This document shows, piece by piece, positions 28,910-32,000 of a DNA stretch of 32,000 nucleotides. The position numbers and the translations under genes were made by a program. The stretch spans positions 7,020,001-7,052,000 of the forward strand of contig NZ_CP042911.1 in NCBI RefSeq assembly GCF_008065095.1, written 5' to 3'. The notes under the pieces are model-generated. The model was given only the letters and a program-made list of their open reading frames with translations. It ran no database searches and was not told the DNA's origin. This stretch comes from Gemmata obscuriglobus. Lineage in GTDB: Bacteria; Planctomycetota; Planctomycetia; Gemmatales; Gemmataceae. Numbering within the stretch: the first letter of the stretch is position 1; each line of letters opens with the position of its first letter.

Positions 28910-29050
28910 GAAGAGAAGTGGCCACAAAAAAGCACAAAGCGCACAAAAGGAAGCAAAAGGCGAAGACAGAAGAAGTGTTTAAAACTCACTCATCTGCTTT
29001 GATCTTCTGCTTCCTTTTGTGCGCCTTGTGCTTTTTTGTGGCCGCTCTTC
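28910..29050. repeat. AT-rich, about 140-bp imperfect palindrome. It may be a terminator or a REP/MITE-like element.
   Basis: The core arms are 35 nt: 28921-28955 gccacaaaaaagcacaaagcgcacaaaaggaagca, and 29008-29042 tgcttccttttgtgcgccttgtgcttttttgtggc. They are complementary at 34/35 positions. Outer gaagag / ctcttc extends the pairing. The 52-nt centre is partly self-complementary. Confidence 0.6.
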
Positions 29051-29076
29051 TGTCTTTCTGACCGGGGAATTTGTTG

Positions 29077-30423
29077 ATGGCTCATCCCGCACGCACGAAC
29101 CCGCACCTGCCGGTGCCGCCGATCGCCCGGGTGGCGCGCCCGCTTGCCCGGTTCCTCCGGATCGAGTCCGCCAGCGGGATCGTCCTGCTGCTCTGTACCG
29201 TGATCGCCCTGGCGCTCGCGAACAGTACCGCCGCGGACGCGTACCACCGCCTTTGGCACACCCACGTCCAACTCGAAGTCGGCACCTTCAAGCTCGGCGG
29301 TGAGCTGGGCCACTTCTTCGTGAACGACGTGCTGATGACGGTGTTCTTCTTCGTCGTCGGTCTGGAGATCAAGCGCGAGCTGGTCGCGGGCGAATTGCGG
29401 GACGCGCGAAAGGCGGCGCTGCCAGTGGCGGCGGCGCTAGGCGGGATGCTGGTGCCGGCCGGCATTTACATGGCGCTCCAGGCGAACGCGCTCGGCCGGC
29501 CGGAGTTCCGCGGCTGGGGCGTGCCGATGGCCACCGACATCGCGTTCGTGGTCGGCGTGATGGCGGTGCTCGGGAAGCGCGTGCCGCTCGGGCTGAAGAT
29601 CATGCTGCTGTCGCTCGCCATCGCCGACGACATCGGCGCGGTGGTCGTGATCGCGGCGTTCTACAGCACCGGGCTGGACTGGCTCATGCTCCTGCTCGCG
29701 GCAGGCGGGTTCGCGGCGGTGCGGATCATGAACGCGACCGGCGTGCGTTCGGTTCCGGTGTACACGATCATCGGGGCCGGCATCTGGCTCGCGGTGTACA
29801 AGTCCGGCGTTCACCCGACGGTCGCGGGCGTACTGCTCGGGCTGCTCACGCCGTCGGAGGTGTGGATCGGCCGGGATGCGTTGCGGCTCTCACTGCGGGA
29901 CGTGCTCGGCCGCGTCGAGGACGAGAACGACGACCCGGACGCGCACGAACTCGCGGTGATGGCGTTCGCGGCGCAGGAGAGCGTGTCGCCGCTGGAGCGG
30001 CTCGAGCACAAGCTGCACCCGTGGGTCGGGTTCGCCATCATGCCGCTGTTCGCGCTGGCCAACGCCGGGGTTCACATCGAGCCGAGCGCGGTCACGGAGC
30101 CGGTCGCGATAGCGGTCGCGCTGGGGTTACTGCTGGGCAAGCCGATCGGCGTGGTGTTGTTCAGCTTCATCGCGGTCCGGCTCGGCGTCGCGCGCCTGCC
30201 GCAGGGGGTGACGTGGCCGGTGCTGCTCGGCGGCGGGCTCCTCGCGGGCATCGGGTTCACGATGTCGCTGTTCGTCGCGGGGCTGGCGTTCGAGGGCCAC
30301 GCACTGTTGCTCGCGGAGGCGAAAATCGGCATCCTCCTCGGCTCCGCGCTCAGCGCACTGTTCGGTACCGGCGTGCTGCTTACGTCACTACGTGGGAATC
30401 CACAGGCAAAAAGTCCACATTGA
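29077..30423 (+). CDS. nhaA: Na+/H+ antiporter NhaA
   Basis: FFFVVGLEIKREL, ATDIAF and LAIADDIGAV (the paired Asp motif), with many TM segments. ATG at 29077. Confidence 0.9.
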   Translation: MAHPARTNPHLPVPPIARVARPLARFLRIESASGIVLLLCTVIALALANSTAADAYHRLWHTHVQLEVGTFKLGGELGHFFVNDVLMTVFFFVVGLEIKRELVAGELRDARKAALPVAAALGGMLVPAGIYMALQANALGRPEFRGWGVPMATDIAFVVGVMAVLGKRVPLGLKIMLLSLAIADDIGAVVVIAAFYSTGLDWLMLLLAAGGFAAVRIMNATGVRSVPVYTIIGAGIWLAVYKSGVHPTVAGVLLGLLTPSEVWIGRDALRLSLRDVLGRVEDENDDPDAHELAVMAFAAQESVSPLERLEHKLHPWVGFAIMPLFALANAGVHIEPSAVTEPVAIAVALGLLLGKPIGVVLFSFIAVRLGVARLPQGVTWPVLLGGGLLAGIGFTMSLFVAGLAFEGHALLLAEAKIGILLGSALSALFGTGVLLTSLRGNPQAKSPH

Positions 30424-30474
30424 GCTTGACAGGGGTATCTAGAAATCGGTTCGGATCGGGCTACGATACTCAGA

Positions 30475-30515
30475 GCGGGGCGGTTCCACGTCGGGGCCGC
30501 CCCGCATCGTTTTTT
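30475..30515 (+). terminator. Intrinsic terminator after nhaA
   Basis: 9-bp GC stem gcggggcgg / ccgccccgc (30475-30483 / 30497-30505), followed by atcgTTTTTT (T-run 30510-30515). Confidence 0.65.
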
Positions 30516-30527
30516 ATCGGGCTCACC

Positions 30528-31604
30528 ATGTCGAACCTGCGCACGCCGCTGTACCAGTGGCACGTCGATCACAAAGCGCGGATGGTGCCGTTCGGCGGCT
30601 GGGAGATGCCGGTGCAGTACGCCGGGATCGCGCCCGAGCACAAAGCGGTGCGGTCCGGGGCCGGGCTGTTCGACATCTCGCACATGGCGCGGGTGAACTT
30701 TGACGGCCCCGACGTGCTCGCGTTTCTGGAGCGGGTGTTCACCAACTCCGTTGCCACCATGAAGGCGGGGCAGGTCCGCTACGGGCTGGTGTGCAAGGAG
30801 GACGGCGGCATCCTCGACGACATCCTCGTGTACCGCCTGCCGGGCAGCTTCGCGGCGGTCGTCAACGCCAGCAACCGCGAGAAGATCCTCGCGTGGTTCG
30901 CGCAGCAGCGCACCGGGCTGGCGGTCGAGGTGGACGACCGCACCCCCGCCACGACGATGATCGCGGTGCAAGGGCCGAAGGCGGTGGAGCTGGTCGCGGG
31001 GGTGTTCGCGGACGACGTGAGCGCGCTGAAGTACTACTTCGCAACGCCCAGCCACTACCTCGGCAGCCCGTGCGTGGTGAGCCGCACCGGGTACACCGGC
31101 GAGGACGGGTTCGAGGTGATCGTGCCGAACGCGCTCGGCGAGCCGCTGTGGAACGAGTTCGTCGCGAAGGGGGCCGTGCCGTGCGGGCTGGGGGCGCGGG
31201 ACACACTCCGGCTCGAAGCCGCCATGCCGCTGTACGGCCACGAGCTGAACGAGGGCGTGAACCCGATCCAGGCCGGGCTGGCGTGGGCGGTCAAACTCGA
31301 CAAGGGCGACTTCCTCGGCCGCGACGCGATCCAGAAAGCCGCAACCGCGACCGAACCGGTGCGGGTGGGGTTGGAAATTGAGGGCAAGCGCGCCGCCCGC
31401 GAGGGGTGCCCGGTGCTCGCCGGGGGGCGACCGGTCGGCGGCGTCACCAGCGGGAGCCTGTGCCCGTGGCTGGACAAGTCGCTCGCGATGGGCTACGTCG
31501 AACCGGCGGCCGCCGCGGTGGGCACCAAACTCGAAGTGGACCTGCGCGGCGCCAAATTGCCCGCGACCGTCGTTCAGCTGCCGTTCTACAAACGGAAGAA
31601 GTGA
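30528..31604 (+). CDS. gcvT: Glycine cleavage system aminomethyltransferase (T protein)
   Basis: TPLYQWHVDHKARMVPFGGWEMPVQY, LFDISHM, RTGYTGEDGFE and ARDTLRLEA motifs. The start is at MSNLR (30528). Confidence 0.9.
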   Translation: MSNLRTPLYQWHVDHKARMVPFGGWEMPVQYAGIAPEHKAVRSGAGLFDISHMARVNFDGPDVLAFLERVFTNSVATMKAGQVRYGLVCKEDGGILDDILVYRLPGSFAAVVNASNREKILAWFAQQRTGLAVEVDDRTPATTMIAVQGPKAVELVAGVFADDVSALKYYFATPSHYLGSPCVVSRTGYTGEDGFEVIVPNALGEPLWNEFVAKGAVPCGLGARDTLRLEAAMPLYGHELNEGVNPIQAGLAWAVKLDKGDFLGRDAIQKAATATEPVRVGLEIEGKRAAREGCPVLAGGRPVGGVTSGSLCPWLDKSLAMGYVEPAAAAVGTKLEVDLRGAKLPATVVQLPFYKRKK

Positions 31605-31644
31605 GGGCGCGCCGCGCCCGCGTCATTCAAGGAGCTAGCTCATC

Positions 31645-32000
31645 ATGGCGAACCCGTCGAACCTGAAGTACGCGACCACGCACGAGTGGGCCAAACTGGA
31701 CGGCGACACGGTGGTTGTGGGCATCACCGCGTTCGCGGTTGAGCAACTGACCGAGCCGACCTACCTGGAGCTGCCCGCGGTGGGCACGGCGCTGGCCCCG
31801 GGCGGGAAGTTCGGCGTGATCGAGTCGTACAAGTCCACCTCGGACCTGTACTCGCCGGTCGCGGGGACGGTGGTGGAGCGGAACGACCCGCTGACGGGCG
31901 ACCCGAAGCCGGTGTACGACGACGCCTTCGGCGCCGGGTGGATGCTGAAGATCAAGCTGTCCCCGGGCGCGACGCTCGACCACCTGCTGAGCGCCGAGCA
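31645..32000 (+). CDS. gcvH: Glycine cleavage system H protein (3' end off the window)
   Basis: Manual translation gives MANPSNLKYATTHEWAKLDGDTVVVGITAFAVEQL...GVIESYKSTSDLYSPVAGTVVE...GWMLKI. The lipoyl-Lys context is ES.K..SD. AAGGAG lies 10 nt upstream of the start. It is not in the track because there is no stop in the window. Confidence 0.9.
   Translation, partial: MANPSNLKYATTHEWAKLDGDTVVVGITAFAVEQLTEPTYLELPAVGTALAPGGKFGVIESYKSTSDLYSPVAGTVVERNDPLTGDPKPVYDDAFGAGWMLKIKLSPGATLDHLLSAE

Noticed and set aside
30424-30527. Possible glycine riboswitch upstream of gcvT
   Set aside because: The spacer is only about 100 nt. Most of it is taken up by a GC hairpin plus T6 run that reads as the nhaA terminator. 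I could not find the conserved glycine-aptamer core segments. An Rfam scan (glycine family) would settle it.
31605-31644. gggcgcg-c-cgcgccc palindrome between gcvT and gcvH
   Set aside because: The loop is too tight to form a meaningful hairpin, and the two genes are almost certainly co-transcribed. The element is likely incidental.

Overview
High-GC bacterial chromosomal window. The gene content suggests Planctomycetota, possibly Gemmata-like: a Tat-signal DUF1501 protein, an ECF sigma factor fused to WD40 propellers, a kinase with a planctomycete-style N-terminal region, and very long GC-rich hairpin terminators. That taxonomic call is an inference. I support 24 protein-coding genes and found no rRNA, tRNA, CRISPR array, transposase or integrase. 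Most of the window is housekeeping: pheA-aroF; tpiA-secG; yicC-gmk-rpoZ; dnaK; nhaA; gcvT-gcvH. All identifications come from motifs read in the translations, not from searches. Many long ORFs in the supplied track (e.g. 220-2067 +, 17976-20804 +, 21227-23089 -, 24703-27534 +, 9135-10823 -) are GC-driven antisense shadows of real genes. One real gene (comp. 1-2037) is missing from the track because it runs off the window. The least ordinary items are listed here. (1) A tail-anchored Ser/Thr-kinase-like protein has no catalytic Asp (HGLVKPSN replaces HRDLKPxN). It sits beside a single-polypeptide ECF sigma / TM / WD40 protein. (2) A cupin-like + IMPase-family fusion protein lies divergent from bpt. 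(3) A TfoX_N gene is paired with a bacterial-type PARG carrying the GGG-X7-QEE signature. (4) A low-GC islet holds an orphan 108-aa ORF bracketed by poly-C tracts. (5) Several unusually long or nested intergenic palindromes and a recurring GCGGGCGGG motif occur in spacers. I see no convincing multi-gene novel system such as a defence island. The kinase-like/ECF-WD40 pair is the best candidate for an uncharacterised signalling module.
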